From assembly GCF_009914755.1 (NCBI RefSeq), contig NC_060938.1: a stretch of DNA of 64,000 nt; one strand, 5' to 3'. This document shows positions 1-13,350 of this stretch, one piece after another (positions within the stretch are counted from its first letter, which is position 1; each line of letters opens with the position of its first letter). Below the pieces are notes generated by a model. The model did not search any database, was not told the origin of the DNA, and saw only the letters and a list, made by a program, of their open reading frames with translations. Origin of the DNA: the human T2T-CHM13v2.0 reference genome, Homo sapiens. The position numbers and the translations under genes were made by a program.

Positions 1-174
1 CCTTTCAATCTAGGTATCTGCATGTAGCTTTCCTGAATTACGTTTGTTCCTCATAATTGTTCCAAACTATAGTATGATGTATGTGTAATACAATTTTTTC
101 TAAGATAAATAGAAGCCAAATAAATACTTTGCATAGTTAAAAGCCATCTAAAAGGTAATCTTAGAAGGGAGGAT

Positions 175-335
175 ACCATTTACTAGTTGTATGACCTGGG
201 GCATGTTAACCTTTCTAATTTCTCGCTCCTCTGTAAAATGAGATTAACTTTATGGGGTTTTAGTGAAAATTAAATGTAATAATATGGTTTAGTACTTATC
301 AGAGAGCTTGGAGGCATGGTAACATTAGCTGTTGT
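175..335 (+). mobile_element. MIR SINE fragment
   Basis: ccatttactagttgtatgacctgggg...ctgtaaaatg core; boundaries approximate. Confidence 0.6.
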
Positions 336-1429
336 CATAGTCAATGGTAACAATGGTGACTATGCTTGTAATAGTATGAACTGAGTTTCTGCTTGTTCAC
401 CCATATGCTGACCTGGGATTAATCTCCATTTTCTTGAGTGATGTTGATGTCTGGTTTTCTCAGAACAATAGTGATAATTTCAAAAGTGTTGAACGGCAGG
501 ATATTTCAGAGGCAGAAATACTAAGTTAGGAGGTTCTATTATAGATAAGGGAAGAGACTGAGAAAGTCACTATGCTCAGCACCAGAAGCTGGTAAAAGGA
601 GGACTTATTTGGCAAAAGTTCTAGGGCAGTGGTGAACAAAATGCAGTCTGTTGGCTTCTGGGTGGGACCCTGGACCTGATTTCCAGAATTAAGGAACACC
701 CTTAATTTATATTTGGGAAGTCTCTGGTCCAGAGAAAGTCAGCCTGCACTGCACTTTTTTTCCTCTTAGCCACGTGCCCTCCACAGTGCTTCAGCATGCT
801 ACTGACCAGGTGTAGCCCATGGAGGAGCTCACACAAGTGGGTTTGCTTGGCAAGCAGTTGTCAACACCAACTGAAGTCAAGTCTGGAAAAGTGGGTATGT
901 GTGAGTTTAGCCACTTTTTAAATAAAAATTAAATTCCTACTCTGCTGCCTAGAAAAGGTAGGTGGTTGATGAATATCTTAAGTTTTGAAATAAGAGTATT
1001 TTTTGATGAAAACATTGCTGCTGCTGTTGTTTGCAATGGGGGAAAATCCCTTTATAGGACCCAACACAAAGAGAATTCATTAAGTAAGCTAATTTTTACA
1101 AATAAGTAAGTTATTAGGTTGGAGTGAGCCAGATTTACAAATGCCCTGTTAAGCCACAAAATTTGCTCAAAGTTGCAGCATTGTAATTCAATAGAGCATT
1201 CTAGCTGTGTTATTTCTGAAGTGAACAAAACTTCAGTGATGGAAAGATAATAAAATAACGTTTCAGCACATTTGCAGATAATGTTATTATTAGAAGTCTT
1301 AAACCTAATTACCAGAGCAATCATTCTAGGTTCCAATAAGTTGACACTCTCAAAATTTCTAAAAGAAAAAACTAACCTCTGATAACTTTCCTCTCAAGTC
1401 ATGAGGTAAACTGTTGCTTTCTGTTTGAT

Positions 1430-1925
1430 TAATTTTTATTGTGAAAACGTTAAATATACAAAAAAGTACAGAATATAATAAATACCCATATTTAACAAAT
1501 GCTAATAACATTTTACCATATTCACCTCAGATTTTTTTTAAAAAAGAAATAAAACATAAATATAGTTGAAGCCCAAAGGTGACTGCTCTTCTGAAAGTGG
1601 TTTGTGTTTCTGTCTTTTACTTACCCATATATTTATAGCCTAACTCCATGCGCATTTATTCCTAAACAATATATACTGTTTCTCCATTTTAACTGGTTTA
1701 TAGTATTGCATTTTATGAACATGCCACAGTTTATTTTTATCCCCATTAGACCATGCTTATTTTCAGTTTTTCTTACTATTTAAAAAATATTGTGATGAAC
1801 ATGTTTGTGCATATGTTCAAGAGTTTATCTAGAATAGACACCTAGACATGTAGTTATTGAGTTGTTTGATATGAACATTTTCACCTTTAATTGCTCTTCA
1901 AAGTGGTTATAATAACTTATACCTG
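1430..1925 (-). mobile_element. Old L1M (L1ME-like) 3' fragment
   Basis: Antisense L1M 3'-end phrases (tttttattgtgaaa...tatacaaaaaagtac; ttgctcttcaaagtggtt); approximate. Confidence 0.55.
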
Positions 1926-2212
1926 CAGTGAATTAGTTGTCAACCATGTGAAGATACTGTCTGAGGGAAGGAAACTAATTATCTCATTGCTCGATCAATC
2001 ATTTTATGAACGTTTAAATGTTTCCAGCATAAGAAACTGTCATTAAAGTTTTTCAGTTTTTTCCCATCTGTCTCACAAATCAAATTGATGTAAAAATTAC
2101 TGTAATATAAAATGCTCATTAAAAACAAAAACTCAAGGTTTAGAAAATGAAAAGTATTCTATTCAAATACATACAAAGCCATACAAAAGTACAAAATATT
2201 AGAAGTATATTG

Positions 2213-2351
2213 AGGTCTAGATGAGTGAACCCTACACAGAGCAAACCAAATAAATATTGAACGAATTGTTCATATCGTTCAAATGAACAATTTGCTTAAT
2301 ATTTATTTGGTTTGCTCTGTGTACAGTTCACTCTTCCTTTCATCTAGACCT
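2213..2351. repeat. Long inverted repeat / hairpin (61-nt left arm, 9-nt loop)
   Basis: 2213-2273 is the reverse complement of 2283-2351 apart from 3 substitutions, a 2x2 mismatch and an 8-nt bulge. Confidence 0.95.
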
Positions 2352-2838
2352 GTTTGCACCCTGATTTCCAGACCAGGCAAATTGTGTTTCCATCTTTAGC
2401 AAGCTCTTGACTGATATTTGCCATCACTGAACACAGGAAGTTCCTCTGAGGCATTTGCCACTTCCCTGGTTGGTGACTAAAGTGCAGGTGCAGAATCAGC
2501 ACATCTGCACAAGCGAGCAGATGGACTGTTGCTGGGGCTCACGCAATCAGCCCCTTCTTCCTCTAGCCAAAGCAACTTTATCTCGAGCATTTCTTTATAA
2601 AGATTTTGAGACTCTCTCCTCTTCCTCGATTCCTTTGGATATTCAGAAGTTGAGAGGTCTAACTTGCTGTCTATCCCCCATTCCTAAATTTTGAGCTCGT
2701 TTCTACAGACAAGTCAATTTATGGATTTGGGGTTTGTTGATTCCTTAGCCTGAAAATACTTTGTTCTTCACAGAATTGTAAAAGCAGTGAAAAATGTGTG
2801 TGCTTTGTGGATACCATCTCTCCTTGTGCTTTCTAATA

Positions 2839-3056
2839 CATGTTGAGTATCCCATATCTGAAACTTTAAAATCTAAAACTTTTAAAGAGAGTGCCAACAT
2901 GACTCTCAAAAGAAATGCTCATTGGAGCATTTTGGATTTTAGATTTTCAGATTTTTGGATTAGGAAAGATGAACAGGTAGATATACTGCAAATATTCCAA
3001 AATCTGAAAGAAGAAAATCCAAAATTTGAAACAATTCCGGAACATCCAAGCACTTT
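2839..3056 (+). mobile_element. Tigger4/MER46-type (TcMar-Tigger) non-autonomous DNA transposon
   Basis: TA + catgttgagtatcc TIR-like start; aaatgctcattggagcatttt and repeated ggatttt/aaaatcc units. Confidence 0.8.
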
Positions 3057-3459
3057 AGTTAACCCAAACTTGCATTTCTTTAGTGAGTAACACCCTTTTA
3101 CTGAAGGTCTTGCACTCCCTGTAACTGGGGAACACCGGGCTGGAAGAGAGTAGAAGAGAATGTCCTTGTGTTTGTGTTCACTTGTAATCCAACAATAACA
3201 AAAATAAGTTAGCAATATACAGCTGAGAAAAAGTAAGACAGATTGGTTGGACAACCCAATTAATGGGGAGTCATGGGGAGCATGAAGGTAGTGTGTCCTG
3301 TGGAGCTCTCTTTTTCCCTCTCAAGTAGGGGTTAGAGAAGCAACTCCCTCAGCATTCACTCAGGGCTTGTCACTCACGCCTGCATTGGTGCTGCACCATG
3401 GGAAGAATGCTCCTGTCTTGGCTCCAATCCCTGGAGGAGACTTGGAACATAAGCTCTGA

Positions 3460-3933
<474 letters not shown>

Positions 3934-4494
3934 TGAGCCCTCCGTGGTTGTCACAGAATGTTTATCAACAGTGCTATGGTGGAACCAAGATTCTAAATGT
4001 GACTGTGCGAGGCCCTTTGAACCCCTTGCCTGTGTGTGTTAAGGAACAAGGGCATAGCTCCATTTCATTTCCAAAATCTGCAAATGCAGAATTTCACTAG
4101 GCATGAAAATGGACTCCTATAGTGTCCTGTGAAACTCAGAGTGAGTTTCTTTGCAGAGTCTGAGCAGATAGTTTCAGTAATCTGAGTAAATAGTCTCTGA
4201 TGTGTATCTCACGTCTGAGAATTCATAAGTAGCTATTCATTCTGGTTACCACCACCCCAGTGGTCCCCCGAGGGACATACAACACAGTAGTTGTGCTAGA
4301 GTGATGCATACCTTTTGTTACAGCATTCCTTAGAACTGTGGCTTCCTGCCCTGGTTAGCGATGGAGTACTAATAACCTCAAGCAAAACTGGCATAAAGGT
4401 TTATTTTGATTGCTAGCTCTGAACAATTGGGGGTGGATGCCTGGAGCACTTTGGGAAGCATTCAGAGGTTATGAATGATCTCAATAAGAAATAG

Positions 4495-4813
4495 GGCCAG
4501 GTGCGATGGCTAACGCCTGTAATCCCCGCACTTTGGGGGGCCAAGGTGGGTGGATCATTTGAGGTCAGGAGTTCGAAACCAGCCTGGGACCCAACGTGGC
4601 GAAACCCCATCTCTACTAAAAATACAAAAATTAGCTGGGCATGGTGGCGTGTGCCTGTAATCCCAGCTACTCGAGAGGTTGAGGCACGAGAATTGCTCGA
4701 ACCCAGGAGGCGGAGGTTGCAGTGAGCCAAAATTGCACGACTGTACTTCAGCCTAAGTGACAGAGTGAAACTATGTCTCAAAAATAAAATAAATAAAATA
4801 AAATAAAATAAAT
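4495..4813 (+). mobile_element. AluS, full length with (AAAAT)n tail
   Basis: ggccaggtgcgatggct...gtctc + A-rich tail. Confidence 0.95.
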
Positions 4814-7149
4814 AACAGCATCTGCCGTGACACATGATGGAGAATGTGGCTTATGTGGGAAATATTTGTTATCCCTGTCCTTGAAAGCTCCTCTTACCAC
4901 TGGATTATAGTCAGATTCAAGTACCATATTCCATGCTGTCTTTCCTTTGAGCTTCTCTCTGGTTCTTGGCTGACTCTCCAAATGGTATGGCCCATACTTT
5001 CACAGAAAGACTGCCCCAAGGCTGCCTGACTTCACCAACTCCAACTCCAGAAGATAGGATTATGAAAGACATCAATATGGAAAGAAATGGCCCCTTTAGA
5101 AGCTATATCAAAGAGGAACAAAAAACACGTTTCCTGTGTCTTTCCTATATATATTTTTTCACTAATAGCTCCAGCACACCTAGTACTATTGAATCATTCC
5201 ATTCTTTGCGCATTTCAGAATTTCTCCTCTTTGTAGAGTAGAGAGAAGCTTTGAGCTTCTAGTATGTTAGAATGTGCCACTAATAATTTGGGATTCTCAA
5301 AATTCCTTACACTTTAGGAACCTGGTAACTTGTGGCACTAGAAATGGGTTACAGTAGAGTCTACCAAAGAATACCACCCTTAAGTTACAGTGTCTTAAAT
5401 TCTGTTATTCTTCAGCGTGGTACAGAGCAACATTGACTTGTGTAGTATCCTTTTATCTGTCCCCATACATAAGGAAAAGCATTTTGTTTTTTCAGTTTCT
5501 GAGAGGTACTTCCCTATGTCCCATATTGAGATGTTTCTGATACAGTGGTATCTTCTAACTAGTGCTTTTGTTTCTTTCTTTTGCCAAAAATGCTGTCATT
5601 AATTCATGAGTACATTGTAGAGTTTATGGTGGTCTAAAATTAGGAATACAGTTCCTAACTGTCCTCAGGGACAGTTAACCTTGCATTAGCACTTTTTTCT
5701 CATTCTGAGGATGCATCCCTGAATGGCATATGCCTTTATGTGCTTACTGTTACCCCTGATTCTCCTTTTAGCTTAATTACTCTTTTCCAAAGGGTCCTCT
5801 CTTGTTATAGCCTTGTGTTAAACATTATATTGCAAATCATAAACACACTTTGATTGTTTTCCCAAGGGCTGGTTACAGAACATCAAAACCTACTTTATGA
5901 CATTCTGAAAGGTGGGTCTGGTAGCTACAAATGTGGTAGCAAGATGTGAGGCAGCAAAGGCCATTGACACCACTGATTGAATTTGCACGATACATAAGGG
6001 TTTAGCGTTGTGTGTCCAAATATGTTAATTTACAAACCAACTGGACCACATTGTACCTGGGTCTTTAGCACTCCATGGTGACATGTGGATCAAAGATTTG
6101 GCTCTTAACAAGCTATGTAGGAATAATTTGTTTTATGTCATTGCACACTGTTGTGTCATAGGCACAGTGCCTGCCTGCAGGGGAATGTGGGGTTGTATCA
6201 TTTCTGAAACTAATAATTGGAGAATATTTCTTTTTCTTTGCCATGAAACTGAGGGGGAGTTGTCATATAAATTGGTTTCAGATGTTGGAGTTGTACTGCT
6301 TGAGAATTTTAGGCTTCAGTCATATGCCATGCTGTGAAGTGCTTTGCCAAAATAATGACTTGTTAAAATAAATAAAGTAAGTGTCTCATAGTTTGGGAAG
6401 TGGACTGTAAAATCTCAGTTCTTAGTTCTAGCTAAGTGTTGTGGCTGCTTTCTTAGATATACCAGGTGCACATAAAATGTATTCCCCCACATCCCCTCTA
6501 ACCACCCCCCAACTCCTTGTAAAGTCAGCTGAGGCTTGTTCAGGAAAGAAGAGGGTGTTGGAGCAGAGGGCTCCTGAACCCTTACAGAAATGCGGTGATA
6601 TTGTTGCTCTTCTCTTTGCTGCTCTTCCCCACAGGGTGACTAGGTCTCTGTAAAGTGGCACTCTTTTCTTGCTTTTCTTGCTTTTCTGGGTGTGTGATTT
6701 TGGGGAGGACATAAATAATAGCTATGTGCTATTTCATTCAGGCCATTCAGAAACTCTGATTTTTACCAGTGTAAATAAAGTTTGTGATATATGGAAAATA
6801 TTAATGTGACATTTTGTGCTCTCAAGGAAATGTCTCAAAGGATTTTTTCCCAGGGGAGTTCAGGAATGCTTGCACTGTATCTTTACTTTGAAGTTAGAGA
6901 TCCATTGATAAAAACCAGGGCTTAGTTAAAAGGCAGGAGGGTTAATGAACACTTGACTGTTGTTTTTTTTTTTAACATGATGACCAGAGAGAGTGAAGTA
7001 TTTAAATAGGCATACTTTTTTGTAGCTATACTTGCAAAGACTTAGAACCTATTGTTGGAGTAAACTTGGAATCTTCTCAGAACCTCTCAACTCTAAAGTT
7101 CAGAAATGTGTAAGTCTAGGAACTGCTAAGTCTGTCTCAGGGATCACTC

Positions 7150-7265
7150 ACAAGGAGAGCAGGGAACTTTGTTCTTTTATTCATGTATTCCAACACCCAG
7201 AATAGTGCTTAGCTCATTATATAATAGAATTCAATAAATATTTGTTAGATGAGTAAAGGAATGAG
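7150..7265 (+). mobile_element. L2 3' end fragment
   Basis: cagaatagtgcttagc...tcaataaatatttgttagatgagt. Confidence 0.6.
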
Positions 7266-10200
7266 AAGGAAAGCAAATGCCTTTTTAGATTCCATTCAGC
7301 ATTGTAGATATGAGCTTAGTGAAAACAATTCTGCTCCTATCCTGCCCTTGAGAAGCCTTATGTTTAGCAGCATAGTATTAATGCTATCACAGAGTTTGGC
7401 TGTCTACACAAGTATTTAGATTTTAAAATGCTGCCGTGTCTTTGGGAGATTTAGTAGACTGTGTGTTACTCTAACATGGCATCCAGCTCTAAACCAAACT
7501 GTTAGGGAGCAGCAGTTGAGTATAGCCTCTTTTCTGGCTGGAGGGTCTAACCTCACTGAGTTCACAGCTTTTTTTTTTTTAATCAATAATGCAGGAAGAC
7601 TTAGTAATACCCCAAATACTTAACCAACAAATTCCTGAGGGGGATAGAGGACCAAGTGCTCCCTTCCAAGGGAGGTGGAATGGAATGGTCAGGAGCTTAG
7701 TGGTCTGAAGTTTGAGACTCAGTGATGCACAGATAGAAACCATACCATGCAGCCTAGGCAAGGCAACAGAAATACACAGAATTGTGGTGTAATGGTCAGA
7801 ATGGGGTAGGTGTTCTTGAGCAAGAGCTTTGGGCCAGCCTGGGCATTTAGGTAATTTAGATGCGAGGAGTCTGGAGCAGAGTATTAGTCATGCAGTGTGG
7901 CCTCTGCATTATACCTTTATAGATTGTGTTTTCTTCAACCAGGAAGTACTAGTCATGCATCTTTTGTTTTGCTAAGCTGCAGTTATAGTGAAATGGAGTA
8001 AATATCAGATAGACTAAATATCCTGTCTATAGCACTCTTAAGAGTCATCTCTACTTTTGTCTCAAGCTTATTTCACAAATCTGTAAATTATTTTTTTAAA
8101 AACCTGATAGCACTTCCAATGGTTCTTATCCATGAAATGCAAATTGAGTCTGATACAATTGACTGTTGCCCTCTTGGCCAGTTTTGCATCTGTTTGTAAA
8201 CTCTTTCAAACATCATGATGCTAATCATAAGTCTACTCCTTGGGTTCTCCTTTGAACCAGTTGTAACATCTTCCTAGTTCTCTCATTTATTAGCAAGTTT
8301 AGTAAAAAATATTTGACATGGATTCATGCCATGCTTTTAAAAAATTATTCTTTACCAATACAGAATTTTAAACTTAGAGAATTGATAAAGAGGGAGCTAA
8401 CTGATTCTACGTGATCTGAAATCTTCAAGTATATTTTATTTTTGAATACGTGATATGGTAGCAAGAGGCTTTCTCTGGGCAAACGTGGCATTTTGTATTG
8501 GCTCAACTAGTCTTTCTACCTGCATAAACCAAAGAAAAGGAAGGAGCAGAGCCCTGGGGGGTCAGAGGAGGTATCAGGCTTCATATGCATACATGGAAAA
8601 AATTCCTATGATATGTGAACGGATGGTTATACAGGAGAATAGTGGAGATAGCAAAAGTCATCTGGAGGTGTAAAAAACAATGCTCTAAAGGGACTTAAAT
8701 GTCCCCCCAAATTTCTTGACAGCTGGCGAGTCGAGGTCCTATTCATGTAGTTTCAATTTTGTTAACCTAGATTTATGTTTTAGATGTGAAGCATCCTCAG
8801 TCTTATAATGAGAAAACCCATTTTGCTATTTAGTTTACGGCCAACTTTGTTAAAATATGTATACTTAATAAAGCAAGGACTAAACAAGTTTCCCTCCACT
8901 TAATATGACGTGTCTTTTATTCTAAGTCATAAATGTTATCTGTGAGGACTATCAGGAGAGTGAGAGCTTGTTCTTTTTCTTCTTGGAGAGACATTTTGGA
9001 TAGAAATCTTCCCTCTCAGTAGAGTTTGTATAGAACTGTGAATGACTAATACAAATATGTGAAAATAGTCCTTTTATAGGAGCTTAGTTATGTTTGTTAA
9101 AGTTATCCCTGCAATTAATGGACATGAGGGTATGATGAACTTATAGAAAATTTGAGATTTGTTTATGAATTGAGGAAGATAAACTTGTGTTATATGGCCA
9201 GTAGAGAATTTCTGGCTTGTAAAAGGGAAGATTTGGGGAGGATATAATCACTTTATTCAAATTGTTTAAATATTTGCTGGGTCATTGTTCATAGGAGAGA
9301 TTAAACTTATTCCATGCAGTTCCCAGGGACCAAACAAAAGCCAACAAGTGCTTGAAGTTACAAGGAGACATCTGTCAATTCAGTGTCCGGTGAATTTTTT
9401 AACAGTTCATGAGAGTGCTAGTTCCAGAAGATTGTGGACCTCTGGAAGCCTTCTCAAGAGCAGATGATGGATCACCTGCTGGTAACCTTATAAGGGACCC
9501 CTGTGAGAGGAAACTCAGCCCAGGTTGTCTCTAGGGTCAAAGACCAGTTATATAATCCTGTGATGGCTTTGGTTAAAAACATGCACATGTTTTATTAAAA
9601 CATTAGGAAAAATGGAGAAGGTTTACTCTTTCTTCCATAATTTCTCCTGCTGCATGTGAGAGCCACTGTTATTGCAAGTCATCATTCAGTCTTTCCAGAA
9701 AAATGACTGACATTCTGAGGCTTAGGAGGAGGTGGTGGATTTCCTGGCAGATGAAGAAGCCACTGTTCTGTAATCATTCTTTGTGTGGGCCCAACCGGAT
9801 TTTGGTAACAGATGTACTTGATATATAATTGTGGCAGTGGCCAAAAAATGTAACCAGGATTGGCAGTCCCAGGGACCACATGGGTATCTTGGAATGTGAC
9901 AACACAGGAATTATTTTCTGAAACCAATTGCCCTTCTTTTGGCAAGCTTCAGATATAGAATATAGTTTTGCTCACCACCAGGGGTTAAAGTTAGGTATTG
10001 GAGGGAATGAGGAAAGCAACAATCTCCAAACTCCAAGTTTTAAATCTCCTACTACTTTTTTGCCCCCAAAAAGGAAGAGCCAGATGGAAAGAGTTGGGGG
10101 CAAATATCAGGATTTAAAGGACCTAATGATGCTTTGCTATTTTCAAAAAGTAGGATTAAATATAGATTCAGGGAGCAGTGAGCTTGGCAAGAAGGTACAC

Positions 10201-10381
10201 TTCACAGGCATGGTAGGTCACTGCTTCTCTAGAAAAAGTTCAGGTTACTGGGCAAATTCCAAACACTTTATGAGCTTATCTTAATTTATAGCGGCAGCTT
10301 GATACATGAAAAATAGTTGGTGACCAAGTTAGGATTTTGATGTAATCCAGCCCTCTTGAGAGCCAAGCTTAATCTAGCACA

Positions 10382-10603
10382 CAGGGGTTGACAAACTATG
10401 GCCCGTGGGCTAATTTGGCCAGTCACTTGTTTTAGTAAATAAAGTGTTGCTGAAATGTGGCATTGCCTATTCATTCAAGTGTTCTCTGTGGCTGATTTCT
10501 TACTACACAACAGCAGAGTTGAATAGCTACAACAGACTGTGTGGTCTACAAAGCCTAAAATATTTCCTGTCTGGCTCCTTACAGGAAAAGTTTGCGACCC
10601 TTG
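10382..10603 (+). mobile_element. MER58A-type hAT-Charlie element
   Basis: caggggttgacaaactatggccc ... aaaagtttgcgacccttg terminal inverted repeats. Confidence 0.85.
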
Positions 10604-10987
10604 GTTGTTCCAGATTGTTCCACACTTTATCGTAGCCATCTTCGAGAAGATGCTGTTTACACCGTTATGAGCCAGAGGGGGAAGTTAGCAGAAATTACTA
10701 GCAAGGCCGCCCACAAATATTTTTACATCTTCCATCTTCTGTGCTTCTCTTTCTCTTTTGCTTGGACCTGGTCTTATGTTGGCACCTATTCTCTAACATA
10801 AGAGTTCTTTTGGATGCCACACATCATGGAGTTATAACCTAACACAATAAACTATTGGGGCCTATCTGCCCTTTTCTGCCTAGGTTTCTGTATAAATTTT
10901 AGGTGTAGAGTGAATTTATTTAATGTTTGTTGTATTCATTAGTGTATGGGATTGGACTGGTGTTACCTAGAATAGTAGTGACAAATT

Positions 10988-11312
10988 TTTTCCTTTTTTT
11001 TTTTTTTTGAGACAGGGTCTTGCTCTGTGGCCCAGGCTGGAGTGCAGTGGTGCGATCTCGGCTTACTGCAACCTCCGCCTCCCGGTTCAAGCGATTCTCA
11101 CGCCTTAGCCTCCTGAGTAGCTAGGATTACAGGCATGCGCCGCCATGCCCAGCTAACTTTTTAAAAATTATTATTATTTTATTTTTATTTTTAGTAGAGA
11201 TGGGGTTTCACCATATTGGCCAGGCTGGTATCGAACTCCCAGCCTCAAGTGATCCACCCACCTCAGTCTCCCAAAGTGCTGGGATTACAGGTGTGAGCCA
11301 CCGTGCCTGGCC
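10988..11312 (-). mobile_element. AluS with expanded AT-rich middle linker
   Basis: Perfect 14-bp TSD agtagtgacaaatt at 10974-87 and 11313-26. Confidence 0.96.
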
Positions 11313-12359
11313 AGTAGTGACAAATTAATGAACAAGGTGACTATTTTGCTTATTAACAATGGATAGAATTTTTTCATTCTATATATGATTACGGTTCACT
11401 TGAAATTTCTAAAAGCAGGTTCTTTGCAAAGAGAGCAGGTTTTTATTAGCAATTATTTGCCTTTCCCCTGTAATGAAAATGATCACAATAAAATTCACTT
11501 TGTGTCATACTGAAACAGTATTCTTCTGCTGTTGACATTTGTTTGGTTAAGCCTTACTGTATCTCCACTATATTTGAGATGATGGTATTAGTATACATTG
11601 CTAGAAGAGTTTCAGCCAGTCTAGACAGTTAAAGAGTGTGTCTTTCTTCCTTGACAGATATTATCTAAGAACCTCCTCAATTCGTAACAGCACACATAGA
11701 GATTTATGGCTTTAGCTGACTAAATGAATGTTGCTTCAGCCTGTGATTTGTGGTCTAGCGCACAACCGCAGAGCATGTCCTTTACAATTGATTGACCTTT
11801 GCATAGCTTATTTTGGGCCTTACTAAGAACATCTTAAACTGAAAAAAAACAAAAAAAAACAAACAAAAAAACTCTGACATACTTATGTATTATTATTTGG
11901 GAAATGATCCTATTAAGAAAGTGTCCTGTGCTAACTTCAGAAGAAGTTATTCTTCCTTAAAGACTTAATTTTCTAACTGCATTTTGAGTCTCACCTATAT
12001 CAACAGAAGACTTCAGCTGCTACGAAGAAATTTTTGTCACACAAATTTCTAAATATATGAGTATAGAAATTTTGAAAATTTTAGCATGCTTTGGGTATAC
12101 AAATCTTGTCCCAAATCAGAGATTCTCTCTCTGCATAAACAGCTGATATTGACATTATGGTGAGTTTTAAAAATAGAAATCCAGTAAGAGAAGACAATTA
12201 GTAGAGAAATGGTTTAAATTATTTGCTGTGGGAGGTGGAGGGGTGCCCCAGGAGTGGAGGACAGAGACATTCCAGATGCTGAAGGGTCTTGATGCATTCC
12301 ATGTCACCCCAAACGTCAAACAAAGCAAAGCTCTTGTCCTGACAATGCATAATGCTTTA

Positions 12360-13105
12360 GAACTTACTTCTAATTGTAAAAATAGTGTATGTTCTTGGTA
12401 AAATAAAAATTTGCATGGTATAGGAGTTTATAAGTTAAAAAAAAAAAAAAAGAAAACCTTCCCTTCTGTTATCCAGAGGTAGCCATTGTTAAGTTTTATT
12501 TATATTTCTGGAAATGTTTGTGTGTAGTGTATACATATTTTTCCCTACAGATGGGAAAGATGATATTCTGAAGCATTCTCTCCCCGACAGTATATTTGCT
12601 TGTCTTTTCTTTATTGTTTGTGAGATAGGATCTTGCTATGTCACCCTGGCTGGTGAACTCCTAGGCTCAAGTGATCCTCCCACCTCAGCCTCCTGAGTAG
12701 CTAGGGCTACAGGCATGTGTCAACAAGCCTGGCTAATTGTTTTATTTATTTATTTATTTTGGAGAGATGGGGTCTTGCTATGTTGCCCAGGCTCATCTTG
12801 AACTCCGGGCCTCAAGTGATCCTCCCACCTTGGCCTCCCAAAGTGCCGGGATTACAGGTGTGAGCCACTGCACCTAGCCCCTCTCTATATATTTATTCCC
12901 CTTTGTATTGTTTGTTAATTCAAACAGTGCTATAGTGAAAAATTTTCGTGATTATATATCTGTACAAGTGTGAACATGTAATTATAGGCTAAATTCCTGA
13001 AAGTAAACTTACAGGGTCAAAGGCTATCTGGATTTTAAATGTGAACAATTACTACCAAAATTTACTTCCAAACTGGTTGCTGTAATTTTTACAGTCCCAG
13101 TTACT
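12360..13105 (-). mobile_element. Old L1M fragment interrupted by an AluJ
   Basis: ccagaggtagccattgtt; taaattcctgaaagt...gggtcaaagg; ttccaaactggttg phrases; approximate. Confidence 0.5.
12604..12879 (-). mobile_element. AluJ-type with internal right-arm deletion
   Basis: Two arms with gatcctcccacctc J-type signature; right arm lacks the ggctgcagtgagc...gcact block. Confidence 0.9.
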
Positions 13106-13159
13106 GTAAGGACACTGAATGGACATAACTGGAGACTCTGGAACAGTATCATTATTGTC

Positions 13160-13350
13160 AGAGCTAGCATTTATTGAGCGTGTTTTGTGTATACTCTTCC
13201 CAGTGCTTGCTTTATTTGTATCAACTTTTTAAGTTCTCACAAAGATGCTATGAGGAGGCAGGCACCTATTTCACAGGTAAGGAAATGAAAACTGAGTCAC
13301 AAAGAGGTTACTTAAGAGTCACATAGCTAGTGAGAGACTAAGGATTCAAA
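13160..13350 (-). mobile_element. MIR fragment
   Basis: gcatttattgagc...tttcacaggtaaggaaa...actgag...gtcacatagctagt. Confidence 0.65.
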
